A stretch of DNA of 64,000 nucleotides from a virus (Duplodnaviria > Caudoviricetes), in the IMG/VR virus record IMGVR_UViG_3300001528_000621, positions 123,849 through 187,848 of that record; one strand, written 5' to 3'. Below the pieces are notes generated by a model. That model was not told where the DNA came from. It did not search any database and saw only the letters and a program-made list of their open reading frames with translations. Shown here one piece after another: positions 20,226-29,623 of this stretch (its first letter is position 1; every line of letters begins with the position of its first letter). A program made the translations under genes and the position numbers.

Positions 20226-21304
20226 TGAGTACGATAACAGATTGTGCATATTGGAGATATTTAGGGGAGAATGATGTACCCAAAGTAGAAGGTTCAATCA
20301 AACACATTGATCCTTCTCAACTCGACGAAGGAGTAGTTCCTCTAACAGAAGAAGAGTACGAATCAGGTTCTAAATCTACACCTAAGGTTTTGACAAGATC
20401 TCAGAAAGGTCAAGCCCTTACTCACCTTGAGATGGATTTTAACCTTGCTTCTCTTTTTCATAAACTTAATACATCTAGTGTATCTAGTTCTTTCTCAGAG
20501 GATGAGTACAGTGAGGACAATGATGTCTATTTTGAGAGACGTAAGCCTACTCGAGAGGAAGAAAAAGCAGGGTTGTTTGCTACATTTTCCTATGCTCCTA
20601 TAACAAATGATGGACGAACCCTTATTCAGAATGGATTCCAGACTATTAAAGTACAACATACTACCGATGAAATAAGGTATAAGCTTTCTAATGAGAGAAT
20701 TCCGGGAACTTTAGATATTGAAGAAGACTTTAGGGTCACGGGGAGTGCGTTTGTAGGAAATAACCTATACGTTACAGGAAATCTTGACGTACAGAATGAC
20801 ACCGGTACCAGGACCTTAAATGTAGAGCAATCTGCTAGCATTGAACAGACTCTTCGAGTAAAGGGCACAGCTTCCTTTGATAGGGATCTTACCGTAGAAG
20901 GAAACCTCTACGTTAAGGGTTTAATTTTTGGCGATCTTTCTCAGAAAGGCTATAATAGTCTTGAAAATCCAGGATATGCTGCTAAGTATACCAGGTTTGG
21001 AACTCAAGATACAGGAAGCCAGTCTGATTTTAGATTAAAGAAAGATTGTCGGGAGATTGAGAATGCTCTTGAAGCTGTAGAGCATATATCGGGTTACAGG
21101 TTTGAATGGGATTCTAAAGCTGAAAAATCTGGATCAGATATTGGTGTCATTGCACAGGAAGTTAAGCCTTACGTTCCTGAAGCTGTTTCAACTGGGGAAG
21201 ATGGCTATTTAAGGGTGGATTACGTAAAACTAATTCCTATTCTTATTAACGCTATTCACGAATTACGATGTCAAGTAACAGAGCTTCAGCAAAAACAGAA
21301 GTAG
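20225..21304 (+). CDS. Tail fibre/spike protein with C-terminal Peptidase S74 intramolecular chaperone
   Basis: SDFRLKKD..IENAL..ISGYRFEW..IGVIAQEV..PEAV..VDYVKLIPILINAIHEL. Confidence 0.85.
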   Translation: MSTITDCAYWRYLGENDVPKVEGSIKHIDPSQLDEGVVPLTEEEYESGSKSTPKVLTRSQKGQALTHLEMDFNLASLFHKLNTSSVSSSFSEDEYSEDNDVYFERRKPTREEEKAGLFATFSYAPITNDGRTLIQNGFQTIKVQHTTDEIRYKLSNERIPGTLDIEEDFRVTGSAFVGNNLYVTGNLDVQNDTGTRTLNVEQSASIEQTLRVKGTASFDRDLTVEGNLYVKGLIFGDLSQKGYNSLENPGYAAKYTRFGTQDTGSQSDFRLKKDCREIENALEAVEHISGYRFEWDSKAEKSGSDIGVIAQEVKPYVPEAVSTGEDGYLRVDYVKLIPILINAIHELRCQVTELQQKQK

Positions 21305-21747
21305 AACCTTGGGTATATCAAGGGCGTCCCATGGGGAGACTTGAAGACTTTCCTGAAGGAACATATGGATTCATTTATGAAATTACCTATAAGGAGACCA
21401 ATCAAAAGTATATCGGCAAAAAACAACTTTTAAGCTATCACAAAAAACCTACTAAAATATTTAATGAAAAAACAAAGCGTTGGAACAAATCTTGGGAAAT
21501 TCTTACGACAGAGTCTAATTGGCAAGATTATTTTGGAAGTAACAGAGAAATCGTAGACCTAGTAAAGAAAGAAGGAAAAGATAAGTTTAAAAGAGAAATA
21601 ATTTACCTATGTCCAGATAAAAAATTGCTCACATTCTACGAACTAGCATTTCAATGTAAGAGAGACGTATTAACAGATCCAGATTACATAAACAGTAATA
21701 TTTTAGGAAAGTTTTTTAGATCTGATTGGAAAAAAGAGTCTGAATAA
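21268..21747 (+). CDS. GIY-YIG (Seg-like) endonuclease
   Basis: YGFIYEIT..QKYIGKK..ESNWQDYFGS..FKREI..E...YINSNI. Confidence 0.75.
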   Translation: MSSNRASAKTEVEPWVYQGRPMGRLEDFPEGTYGFIYEITYKETNQKYIGKKQLLSYHKKPTKIFNEKTKRWNKSWEILTTESNWQDYFGSNREIVDLVKKEGKDKFKREIIYLCPDKKLLTFYELAFQCKRDVLTDPDYINSNILGKFFRSDWKKESE

Positions 21748-21762
21748 TCAGGCTCTTTTCTT
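21732..21762 (+). terminator. Intrinsic terminator
   Basis: GAGTCTGA-ATAA-TCAGGCTC followed by TTTTCTT. Confidence 0.7.
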
Positions 21763-21810
21763 ATATTCTCTGATAAGAAAGTTTAAAAACAAAGGTTTAG
21801 GTTCGACTGT

Positions 21811-22752
21811 ATGGAAGAAAATTTTTTCTTGGTAGGTGCTCTAGAGAATATTCTAGGTAAGAGTAAAAAGACAGCTAGAGGAAATAGATCATTTCATTGT
21901 CCGTTTTGCAATCATAGAAAACCTAAACTTGAAATAAAGGTTGTAGATTCCCCAGACGGTTCCTATCCTTGGCAATGTTGGGTTTGTGGAACAAAAGGTA
22001 GGACAATACAGAGTCTTCTTCGTCACTTAAATCTATCAGGTCCAGAAGCTAGAGAGATTCTTCAATATGTGCGAAAGAGCGGAGATCAAGAAGAGAAGCA
22101 GGTAGTTCCAAAAGCTTTAAGACTTCCAGAAGAATTTGAACCTCTAGAACTAGCTCCAAAGACATCTATATATGCTAATAGGGTTAGAAATTATCTGCAT
22201 GGTAGAGGATTGACAGATATAGATTTTATTCGGTATGGAATAGGCTATTGTGTCACAGGAAAGTACGAGGATCACATAATTATTCCTAGCTACAGTGAAA
22301 ATAATGTTCTAAATTATTTTGTAGCTAGAAACATAAATCCGAGAGCATACAGGCACTACACAAATCCAGAAGCAAAGAAAGATGAGATTATTTGTTTCGA
22401 AAATCTTATAAATTTTGACCAACCTCTTATACTCTGCGAAGGAGTGTTTGATGCTATGTCATTGAGACGCAATGCAGTACCTTTACTGGGTCAAAATATC
22501 TCATCAGCTCTAATGAAGAGAATCATAACATCTTCATGTCCGGACATCTACATCTGCCTCGATCGGGATGCCCAAAAGAGAGCTCTTAAGCATTGTGAGA
22601 CATTCTTAAACATGGGGAAGAGAGTCTTCTTTGTAGTTCCTCCTAAAAAAGATTCATCTGAAACTGGATTCGAACTTATGACTAGAGTATTACAAACAGC
22701 AGAAGAACTTACATTTAGTTCTCTTATAGAGTACAAACTTAACTTAATATGA
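21811..22752 (+). CDS. DNA primase (Zn finger plus TOPRIM)
   Basis: CPFCNH..CWVC; YLHGRG; LCEGVFDA; CLDRDA. Confidence 0.9.
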   Translation: MEENFFLVGALENILGKSKKTARGNRSFHCPFCNHRKPKLEIKVVDSPDGSYPWQCWVCGTKGRTIQSLLRHLNLSGPEAREILQYVRKSGDQEEKQVVPKALRLPEEFEPLELAPKTSIYANRVRNYLHGRGLTDIDFIRYGIGYCVTGKYEDHIIIPSYSENNVLNYFVARNINPRAYRHYTNPEAKKDEIICFENLINFDQPLILCEGVFDAMSLRRNAVPLLGQNISSALMKRIITSSCPDIYICLDRDAQKRALKHCETFLNMGKRVFFVVPPKKDSSETGFELMTRVLQTAEELTFSSLIEYKLNLI

Positions 22753-23558
22753 TTGAAGAAGGAATTAACATTAACGAAAAGGAAAGCTTTTTTAAGAAAA
22801 ATAACGGAATAACGGTCGAGAGGGAAAATAAATCTTTAAAGAGAATAGATTTTTGTGACCGTCGCGTCTATGAGAGAGAATCTGGAGTTTATTACCCTTC
22901 TGTAACATCAATCTTATCCGCGTACCCGACCTCAACTTTCTTTTTAGATTGGGTTAAGGATACAGGTCACAATGCAGACATTATTCGTGACAAAGCTGCT
23001 CGAGAAGGTACTCAGGTTCATGAAGGAATAGAAAAGCTTTTAAAGGGAGAGAAGTTGGAGTGGGTAGATGAATATGGAAATGCTAAATACAACCTTGCAG
23101 TCTGGAACATGCTACTTAAGTTTCAGGACTTCTACAATCTCGTTAAACCTAAAACACTAGCTTCAGAACTGTTCCTTTACTCAGATAAGTACAGGTTTGC
23201 AGGAACGACCGATTATCTTTGTCGGGTTGAAGAAGAGAAATGGCTTATTGACTTTAAGACAAGCAACCATGTTGGAGGAAGTTACAACCTGCAACTCAGT
23301 GCTTATGGAAAAGCTTTAGAGGAACAAAGAGGAATTAAAGCTGATCGTCATGCTGTTCTTTGGTTAAAAGCTCAAACCAGGTCTCAAAAGTTTGACGCAA
23401 AGAAAGGAATTGTACAGGGACAAGGATGGCAGCTCATTTTTGATCCAGATCCTGAAAAATCTTTTACGGTGTTTGAGCACGTTCATGAAATTTTCAAAGT
23501 TCTGAATCCTAAGATTGAACCCTACACCAGAAGCTATCCTGTAGAAATATCGCTATAA
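22749..23558 (+). CDS. PD-(D/E)XK exonuclease
   Basis: YPSVTSIL, REGTQVH, AGTTD..LIDFKTS..QLSAY. Confidence 0.85.
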   Translation: MIEEGININEKESFFKKNNGITVERENKSLKRIDFCDRRVYERESGVYYPSVTSILSAYPTSTFFLDWVKDTGHNADIIRDKAAREGTQVHEGIEKLLKGEKLEWVDEYGNAKYNLAVWNMLLKFQDFYNLVKPKTLASELFLYSDKYRFAGTTDYLCRVEEEKWLIDFKTSNHVGGSYNLQLSAYGKALEEQRGIKADRHAVLWLKAQTRSQKFDAKKGIVQGQGWQLIFDPDPEKSFTVFEHVHEIFKVLNPKIEPYTRSYPVEISL

Positions 23559-23563
23559 ATTTC

Positions 23564-23570
23564 TATTTAT
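23564..23570 (+). promoter_or_regulatory. Putative late promoter TATTTAT
   Basis: Intergenic, ahead of the nucleotidyltransferase genes. Confidence 0.55.
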
Positions 23571-23622
23571 TTTACAGTGATTCAAAATCTTTTGATATCT
23601 TTAGGTATTAAAGATTAGCATA

Positions 23623-24540
23623 ATGGGAGGAAGAGTTTTTGACGGCTCAAAGCCGATAAAGAAAGAAGATATTAAGCCTACTCTCTCTAGGTTTATCCAA
23701 GAGTTCTCTAGGGTTTTTCCTAAAGCTAAAGGATATTTTGAAGGTCTTCGAGTTTTGGGATCTGCAGGGAAGAAACCGGAAAGTGGAGATATAGACCTAT
23801 GTTTGGACGAGAAAGCTTTTAAAAATATAAAAGATTGGGGTCTTTCTGAGAAGGACGTCAACGAATACTATCTTAAGTTTAAAGCTAGAGCTAGAACAGC
23901 TACAAAGCAGCAAATCATGAAGAGGGCCATAATTGTAGCTATTGGAGATAAGCTCGAACTTGAATCTTCACACATCAACATAGACACTAAAGGAGCTGGA
24001 AATGGAACATTGTTCTGCCAATTTCCTCAGTACAACTCTAAAGGGGATATGCTTGCACAGCAGGTTCAAATCGATTTAAATATTGGAAATATTGATTGGC
24101 TAAGCTTTGCATATTATTCAGACTCCTATGAAGGTAACGTCAAGGGTCTTCACAGAACGCAACTAGTGCTTTCTTTATTTTTAGTTGCGGGATATTCTTT
24201 TTCTCACAACTACGGGGTAAAGAACAAAGAAACAGGAGAGATTGTAGCCCAAACACCTCAGCAAGCTATAGGTATTCTATCAAATGCATATAATGCTGAA
24301 TTTTCTCCTGAAATCTTGAACAATTATTTTAAACTTCAAGAGTTTCTTAAAAAGCACTTAGATGAGGCTGATTTGCATGAAGTTTGGGATGCATACTTGA
24401 GTATTCTGGATCGAACAAGGTGCGATATTCCGAACGATCTTCAAGAATATTGGATTGAAAATCAAGATAGGTTAGGTCTTACAGGAAAATTTCTTCCAAA
24501 GGAATCAAAACTTTACATGTTTAGGGAGGATAACGACTAA
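23623..24540 (+). CDS. Pol-beta superfamily nucleotidyltransferase
   Basis: LGSAGKKPESGDIDL (GS-x-DxD) with distal VQIDL. Confidence 0.75.
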   Translation: MGGRVFDGSKPIKKEDIKPTLSRFIQEFSRVFPKAKGYFEGLRVLGSAGKKPESGDIDLCLDEKAFKNIKDWGLSEKDVNEYYLKFKARARTATKQQIMKRAIIVAIGDKLELESSHINIDTKGAGNGTLFCQFPQYNSKGDMLAQQVQIDLNIGNIDWLSFAYYSDSYEGNVKGLHRTQLVLSLFLVAGYSFSHNYGVKNKETGEIVAQTPQQAIGILSNAYNAEFSPEILNNYFKLQEFLKKHLDEADLHEVWDAYLSILDRTRCDIPNDLQEYWIENQDRLGLTGKFLPKESKLYMFREDND

Positions 24541-26690
24541 TGAGCGGAAGTATAGGAGGAGATCGAATTCCTCACAATGCTGTACAAAAGACAGTAGAAA
24601 AATACATTAAGAATATACTTAGTGGATTTGAAGGTTTTAAATCTGCTAAGATTACAGGAAGTTACAACACAGGGCAGAAAAAAGACCACGGAGATTTGGA
24701 TTTGTGCGTCTATGTTGAAGCTAGAAATAGGGATCTTCGTCAAGTTAAGAAAGAGCTTAAAGATTACCTAGAATCCTCAAAATATACATACCCGTTCAGG
24801 TCTGGACGAAATAAGGGTAAAAAAGCTCAAATGTACGGAACAGTTGTAACTTGTCAAGTTCCTATAGAGGGGTTTGAAGGTCTTTTAGTCCAGGTGGACA
24901 ACATGGTTGTTCTTTCTGAAAAAGAGCAGGAATACCAGCAGAATTTTTTGGATGCAGATGCTGCAAAACAAGGACTTTTAATGGGACTTGTACGGGTAAT
25001 CATGACTGAAGAAAATCCTGAAACTGTTCTTAAAAGAGTAGGTATCAAGAAGGTTCCTGAACTTGGAAAAAATCAAGAGCTTGAATTTGTTCTCTCTAGT
25101 TCTGGACTTTCATTGAGAAGAGTAACTCTTGAAAACTTTAAGGAGGTTGACAGAGAAGAGCTCTGGAGATCTACAGACTGGCAGGACGTCGTGAAATTAC
25201 TTAAGAACTATGACCTTTCTCAGGATTTTGATCATCTTCTTGCGGATGTCAAGGATAAGATTAAAGATGCTCGATCTAGAAGACGTATAATCGGTATTAT
25301 GAAATCTATGATTAACGTTGGAGTGGGAGAGAAAGGAACACCTAAAGGAGATGCTAAAGAGCGAGCAATTCAAGCTGCTTCTAATTCTCTAGAAACGTTG
25401 GACGAGGTTGCTGAAGAAAATAAGAAAGGTGTGATCGGACTCTACGGAGGCGGATTTAAGCCTCCACATAAAGGTCATTACTCTGTTGTACAGAAACTTC
25501 TAAACAGGGTAGACAGGATTATAATCTTCATAGGTAGTGGAAATAGGGAAGGAATACCTATCAACCAGGACCAGTCCAAAGAAATTTGGAAAATATATAT
25601 AGATGCATCCGGATGGTCAGATAGAGTAGAAATTCGAGAAGTTCAATCTCCTGTAGGAGAAATTTATAAGATTATTCAGAATCCGGATCTTCAAGAGTAC
25701 CAATTCAGAATTGCAAAATCTGGGGAAGGTTCTGAAGAAGATAAAAAATGGAAATGGTTCATTAAGAATCAAGACAAATTTCCGAACGTAAAACTTATTA
25801 CGCTTCCGGTTATTCTCGATAAGGATAGTGAAAAGCTTTCTGCTTCAGATCTCAGAGCTTCTGAAACTAAAATCAAAAAAGGAAACTGGATTCCTCAAAA
25901 TGTACTTTCAACCGAGGATATTTCAAAGGTAATAGACATTGCACTAGAACAAGTAAAGGTGGAAATATTAAAAGAAGAACTTAAAGCGGGTAAGCTTGAT
26001 GCTAAGACTTTCGAAAACATCGTAAAGCAAGGTCTTCAGGATGCTGAAAGCAGTGCTGATAATATAGGTGAAGGTTTCTATGGACCTCCATCAACCCCGA
26101 GAGCTGCTATTTCGTCCGAAGATAGAGAAAAGCTTGGGCACATATATGAAGAGCTTAGAGAAAAATATGAAAGTCAAGGGATTAATGTAATCTTTAATGG
26201 AAATAATATCTTACTTAAGGTTCTCTATCCTGGGGACATAGCTGGAATTGGAAACGACACACCGGGTAATATTAGAGAAAGCGAAGAAGATGCTACTCGA
26301 GAAGAAGAGTTTGATTATCTTCCTTACATTGTATCTTACTTAAAGTTTCTTAAGGAGGAGAGGGGAATTTCAATTGAACCTCTTCCGGAAATTATCTTAA
26401 ATAAAACTAGTCAAAAAGGTCAAGGAATCTTAGCTAAGACTGGTGAGTACAATCCTGAAGATAAGGTCATAACTGTATACACAAAAGATAGAGCACCAAA
26501 AGATGTGCTTCGGTCGGTAGCGCACGAGTACCAACATGCATACCAAGATGTTACGGGAAAGTTAAAAGGTTTTTCAGGACAGAAAACAACAGAAAATGAA
26601 CCTCTATCTGTTCTTGAAGAAGAGGCTTATCGGGACGGAAATATGAATTTTAGAGCTTGGCTTGAATCAATAGGAGCGTATGAAGGATAG
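24540..26690 (+). CDS. Fusion of Pol-beta nucleotidyltransferase, HIGH-family (cytidylyl/adenylyl) transferase and zincin metallopeptidase
   Basis: TGSYNTGQKKDHGDLDL and VQVDN; GGGFKPPHKGH..LSASDLR; AHEYQHAYQ..EEEAY. Confidence 0.8.
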   Translation: MSGSIGGDRIPHNAVQKTVEKYIKNILSGFEGFKSAKITGSYNTGQKKDHGDLDLCVYVEARNRDLRQVKKELKDYLESSKYTYPFRSGRNKGKKAQMYGTVVTCQVPIEGFEGLLVQVDNMVVLSEKEQEYQQNFLDADAAKQGLLMGLVRVIMTEENPETVLKRVGIKKVPELGKNQELEFVLSSSGLSLRRVTLENFKEVDREELWRSTDWQDVVKLLKNYDLSQDFDHLLADVKDKIKDARSRRRIIGIMKSMINVGVGEKGTPKGDAKERAIQAASNSLETLDEVAEENKKGVIGLYGGGFKPPHKGHYSVVQKLLNRVDRIIIFIGSGNREGIPINQDQSKEIWKIYIDASGWSDRVEIREVQSPVGEIYKIIQNPDLQEYQFRIAKSGEGSEEDKKWKWFIKNQDKFPNVKLITLPVILDKDSEKLSASDLRASETKIKKGNWIPQNVLSTEDISKVIDIALEQVKVEILKEELKAGKLDAKTFENIVKQGLQDAESSADNIGEGFYGPPSTPRAAISSEDREKLGHIYEELREKYESQGINVIFNGNNILLKVLYPGDIAGIGNDTPGNIRESEEDATREEEFDYLPYIVSYLKFLKEERGISIEPLPEIILNKTSQKGQGILAKTGEYNPEDKVITVYTKDRAPKDVLRSVAHEYQHAYQDVTGKLKGFSGQKTTENEPLSVLEEEAYRDGNMNFRAWLESIGAYEG

Positions 26691-26949
26691 TATATCTATG
26701 GTTTTTCTTCTAGAGCAGAAGGATTTTTTTGAACAACACGAAATTAAGAAAGAAAAAGGGTCTCTTTCAATCGGATTTTCTGAGAAGGAACAAAAGTGGT
26801 ACGGATGGTCCCATAGAGCTATCCAAGGGTTTGGAATTGGGGATAAATTTCGAGAATGCTACCCTTCGGGTACGAAGATAGGTAGAAAATGTAGAACTTT
26901 AGCTGACTGTAAAGAAGCAGCTAAAAAATTTGCAGAATCTGTAAGTTAA
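26680..26949 (+). CDS. Conserved phage hypothetical protein
   Basis: SIGFSEKEQKWYGWSHRAI.GF.IGD..FAESVS. Confidence 0.7.
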   Translation: MKDSISMVFLLEQKDFFEQHEIKKEKGSLSIGFSEKEQKWYGWSHRAIQGFGIGDKFRECYPSGTKIGRKCRTLADCKEAAKKFAESVS

Positions 26950-26953
26950 TTCT

Positions 26954-27535
26954 ATGGACAGTTTATTAAAAAAAGAGTGGAGAGAAGAAGATATCCAGAG
27001 AGTTCGAAACCTAATAACCGGACATTACGGAAAATCTACTCGAGACATTATAGGTTACGGTAAGGTTGAAGAAACTCACTCTGAAGGAGATATTTGGACT
27101 GAAGACGGAAAAACTTGGACCATTAAGGACGGACTTAAGCAGACAGTCTCTAAACTTTCAGAAGTTAGACATACCTTAAGAATGCCCCTAACCTGTCCGA
27201 AATGCGGAAAAGCAATGGCATCTTATCTTGACAAAAAGATGTACCCTATTCACGGTTTTTGCTTTGACTGTGTTTGTAAGATGGAGGATGACCTTAAACG
27301 AGCGGGAATATATCAAGAGTATGAAAAGAGGTTAGTTGAAGGTAATATTCGAAACTTCGTTCAAGACCTTAAAGATAGGATTACGCACATCTCTAAATCT
27401 AAAGTAGAGTATTCAACAGACATTGGAGAGGTTGAAGATTGGGGGGATGTTTCAGATGATCTTATTAAAAGTCTAGATCAATGGGCAGAACTACTAGCAG
27501 AAAAATTAGGTAAACCAGAGGAATCCCAAGGGTAG
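26954..27535 (+). CDS. Zn-ribbon hypothetical protein
   Basis: EGDIWTEDGKTWTIKDG; CPKC..CFDC. Confidence 0.75.
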   Translation: MDSLLKKEWREEDIQRVRNLITGHYGKSTRDIIGYGKVEETHSEGDIWTEDGKTWTIKDGLKQTVSKLSEVRHTLRMPLTCPKCGKAMASYLDKKMYPIHGFCFDCVCKMEDDLKRAGIYQEYEKRLVEGNIRNFVQDLKDRITHISKSKVEYSTDIGEVEDWGDVSDDLIKSLDQWAELLAEKLGKPEESQG

Positions 27536-27549
27536 CTTGAGATTCCTTT
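27519..27549 (+). terminator. Intrinsic terminator-like hairpin
   Basis: GGAATCCCAAG-GGTAG-CTTGAGATTCC followed by TTT. Confidence 0.55.
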
Positions 27550-27567
27550 CATACATTACAGATTATC

Positions 27568-27574
27568 TATTTAT
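27568..27574 (+). promoter_or_regulatory. Putative late promoter TATTTAT
   Basis: Immediately after the hairpin, before 27607. Confidence 0.65.
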
Positions 27575-27606
27575 TGTGTAGAAATTAAAAATTCCTTAGG
27601 TTTTCC

Positions 27607-28947
27607 ATGAGTAAACTAAACGAACAAACCGATAAGCTTGTTAAGGTTACAAGTGATAAAGGCGAAGAAACAATAGAAAGAGTACCGGAGGGTACTGTAG
27701 ACGACCTTCGAAAGTCTGGCGTTGATTTTGAAGATCCAAAAACTGGACAAAAGAACGTAGGTAGAACTGTGTATGAAGGTCAAGAGGACAATCAAGCTGA
27801 TGCTATAAACGTAGCTAAAGAGCTTGGTAAATGCCTTAGAGATGCTCTTCGAGAGCACGGGGATGAGATGCAGACAATGTCTCTTAAAAACCTCAATACA
27901 AGAGGAGTAACCGTAAAGGTTATCTACAAGCCAGATGAGCAAGGACAGCAGACTGAGGATGAGTTCAAGTTCACTTGGGACAATGGACATATTCAATTTG
28001 ATAATGGAGGAGAGGCTGTAGATCTAGGACAGATACAAAATAGGTCTGGACGATCAACAATTCAGAAGGATCTGATGAAGTCTAATCTACTTAGTTTCCT
28101 AAATAGCCATGACACTACTCAAACTCCTGTAGAGCAGCCTGCTGAAATGCCTGAAGGAACTCCACTTAACGAAGAGTCTTGTCTTTGGGAAAGTGAAGAA
28201 GCTGAAACAGCGTTTAGAGATGCTCTAGACGTATATAAGACAAACAAGAGTAAAGACAGTCTTAAAGCTCTTTTGAAATCTTGCAGACCTTTCAGAAAAG
28301 GAAATACATTGCAGGAGAAGTTTAGAGGAGCTTATAATTGGTTTAAAGAAAATCCTCCTAAAAACACAAAGAAAGAGATCTTTTTAGAGGACCATAACAG
28401 CAATAGTGATTGGGATCTATACTTCGACATTTTCAAAACTCTTGCAGGGCTTAGAGAAAATTGGAAAGAGCTTATAGGTCGAGGCGGAGAATGGGAAACC
28501 GACGGTGAGTTTGATGTTCTGTATCAAGACTATACTCATCTTGTTAGGGATATGAGACGATATTATGATCTTTACTGTCAACCAGATTCTTTAGATGAGG
28601 ATAGGAATTTGGATGAGTTCATGGACCTTAATGACCCTATCGCTAATGGAGAGAAAAAGAATCCAGATACAGTAGAACCGAACTACGATTGGGACAGAGA
28701 TGACATAAATGAGAGAGATGAGTACGGACCTGAAGTAGGGGATCAAGTTGACTATGAAGGAGGTAACTATAAGCTTTACGGTTATTGTGGAAATGAGGTT
28801 GTTCTCCAAAACGTAGACGATGATCGAGATTTCAAGGTGGTAAAGCCTGCAGATATTGGAATCGGATTTAACCAAAAACAGGTTGATGAAGAAATAGAGT
28901 ATGTTGATCCTGAAAATTTACCAGACGATGAAGAGGAGAGAATTTAA
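27607..28947 (+). CDS. Acidic multi-module protein, putative internal head protein
   Basis: 446 aa; repeated LNE/LWE/LDE/INE sites. Confidence 0.6.
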   Translation: MSKLNEQTDKLVKVTSDKGEETIERVPEGTVDDLRKSGVDFEDPKTGQKNVGRTVYEGQEDNQADAINVAKELGKCLRDALREHGDEMQTMSLKNLNTRGVTVKVIYKPDEQGQQTEDEFKFTWDNGHIQFDNGGEAVDLGQIQNRSGRSTIQKDLMKSNLLSFLNSHDTTQTPVEQPAEMPEGTPLNEESCLWESEEAETAFRDALDVYKTNKSKDSLKALLKSCRPFRKGNTLQEKFRGAYNWFKENPPKNTKKEIFLEDHNSNSDWDLYFDIFKTLAGLRENWKELIGRGGEWETDGEFDVLYQDYTHLVRDMRRYYDLYCQPDSLDEDRNLDEFMDLNDPIANGEKKNPDTVEPNYDWDRDDINERDEYGPEVGDQVDYEGGNYKLYGYCGNEVVLQNVDDDRDFKVVKPADIGIGFNQKQVDEEIEYVDPENLPDDEEERI

Positions 28948-29542
28948 AGAATATATCTATGAATGTTATCGTGAGTTTCTTATTAGGAGAAACGCTATAG
29001 CTTTGATGGAAGATGAAGCTAAAGATGCTGACATGGTGTATGGAGATGGAGCTATTCTTCCTACAGCAAAAGACCAAATTTTAGCTAAATTTCCTACCCT
29101 TCGACATGCTCTTATTCGGTTGCATTCAGAAGATTGGGAAAACTTTGTATCCGGAATAGAGTGGGTTTCTCCTAGACCTACAATATTCAGAATTAAGCTT
29201 ACTAATGGTCAAGACTACACGCTTAAGTGGATGGGTCAAGACTTTCAAGCTGATATTTCTGGAAAGAAGTATTATCTTGGACAGGTAGGAGATTATCAGC
29301 AAGCCCTTACAAAACTCTCTATACTCTATCAAGAGGGTCCTATGGGAGAAGAACCCGAAGCAAGCAGTGGTGGAGCTAGTGGAGCAGCTGAACCAGTAGG
29401 ATTTGGCGGCGGAGGCGGTGGTGGAGATTTTCCTGGAGGTGATGAAGGAGGTTCTGAATCTGAAGGAGGAGAAGATTCCGGATCTGAAGGTAAAGATATG
29501 GGAGGAGAAGATATTGACTTTGAAGCAGATTCGTCAATATAG
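28928..29542 (+). CDS. Conserved hypothetical protein with Gly/Glu-rich tail
   Basis: Likely start is ATG 28928 (MKRREFKEYI); KFPTL..WVSPRPTIFRI.LTNGQ. Confidence 0.7.
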   Translation: MKRREFKEYIYECYREFLIRRNAIALMEDEAKDADMVYGDGAILPTAKDQILAKFPTLRHALIRLHSEDWENFVSGIEWVSPRPTIFRIKLTNGQDYTLKWMGQDFQADISGKKYYLGQVGDYQQALTKLSILYQEGPMGEEPEASSGGASGAAEPVGFGGGGGGGDFPGGDEGGSESEGGEDSGSEGKDMGGEDIDFEADSSI

Positions 29543-29579
29543 TATCTAGATAAATCTAAAAAAACTTAAAAGAAAAGAG

Positions 29580-29611
29580 GAGAGCTGATATAACTATCAG
29601 CTTTTCTTTTT
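29580..29611 (+). terminator. Intrinsic terminator
   Basis: GAGAGCTGATA-TAAC-TATCAGCTTTTC followed by TTTTT. Confidence 0.7.
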
Positions 29612-29623
29612 ATAATAAGCTAT

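Noticed and set aside
22749-23558. Cas4 as part of a CRISPR system
   Set aside because: No Fe-S cysteine cluster and no array; fits a stand-alone phage exonuclease next to primase
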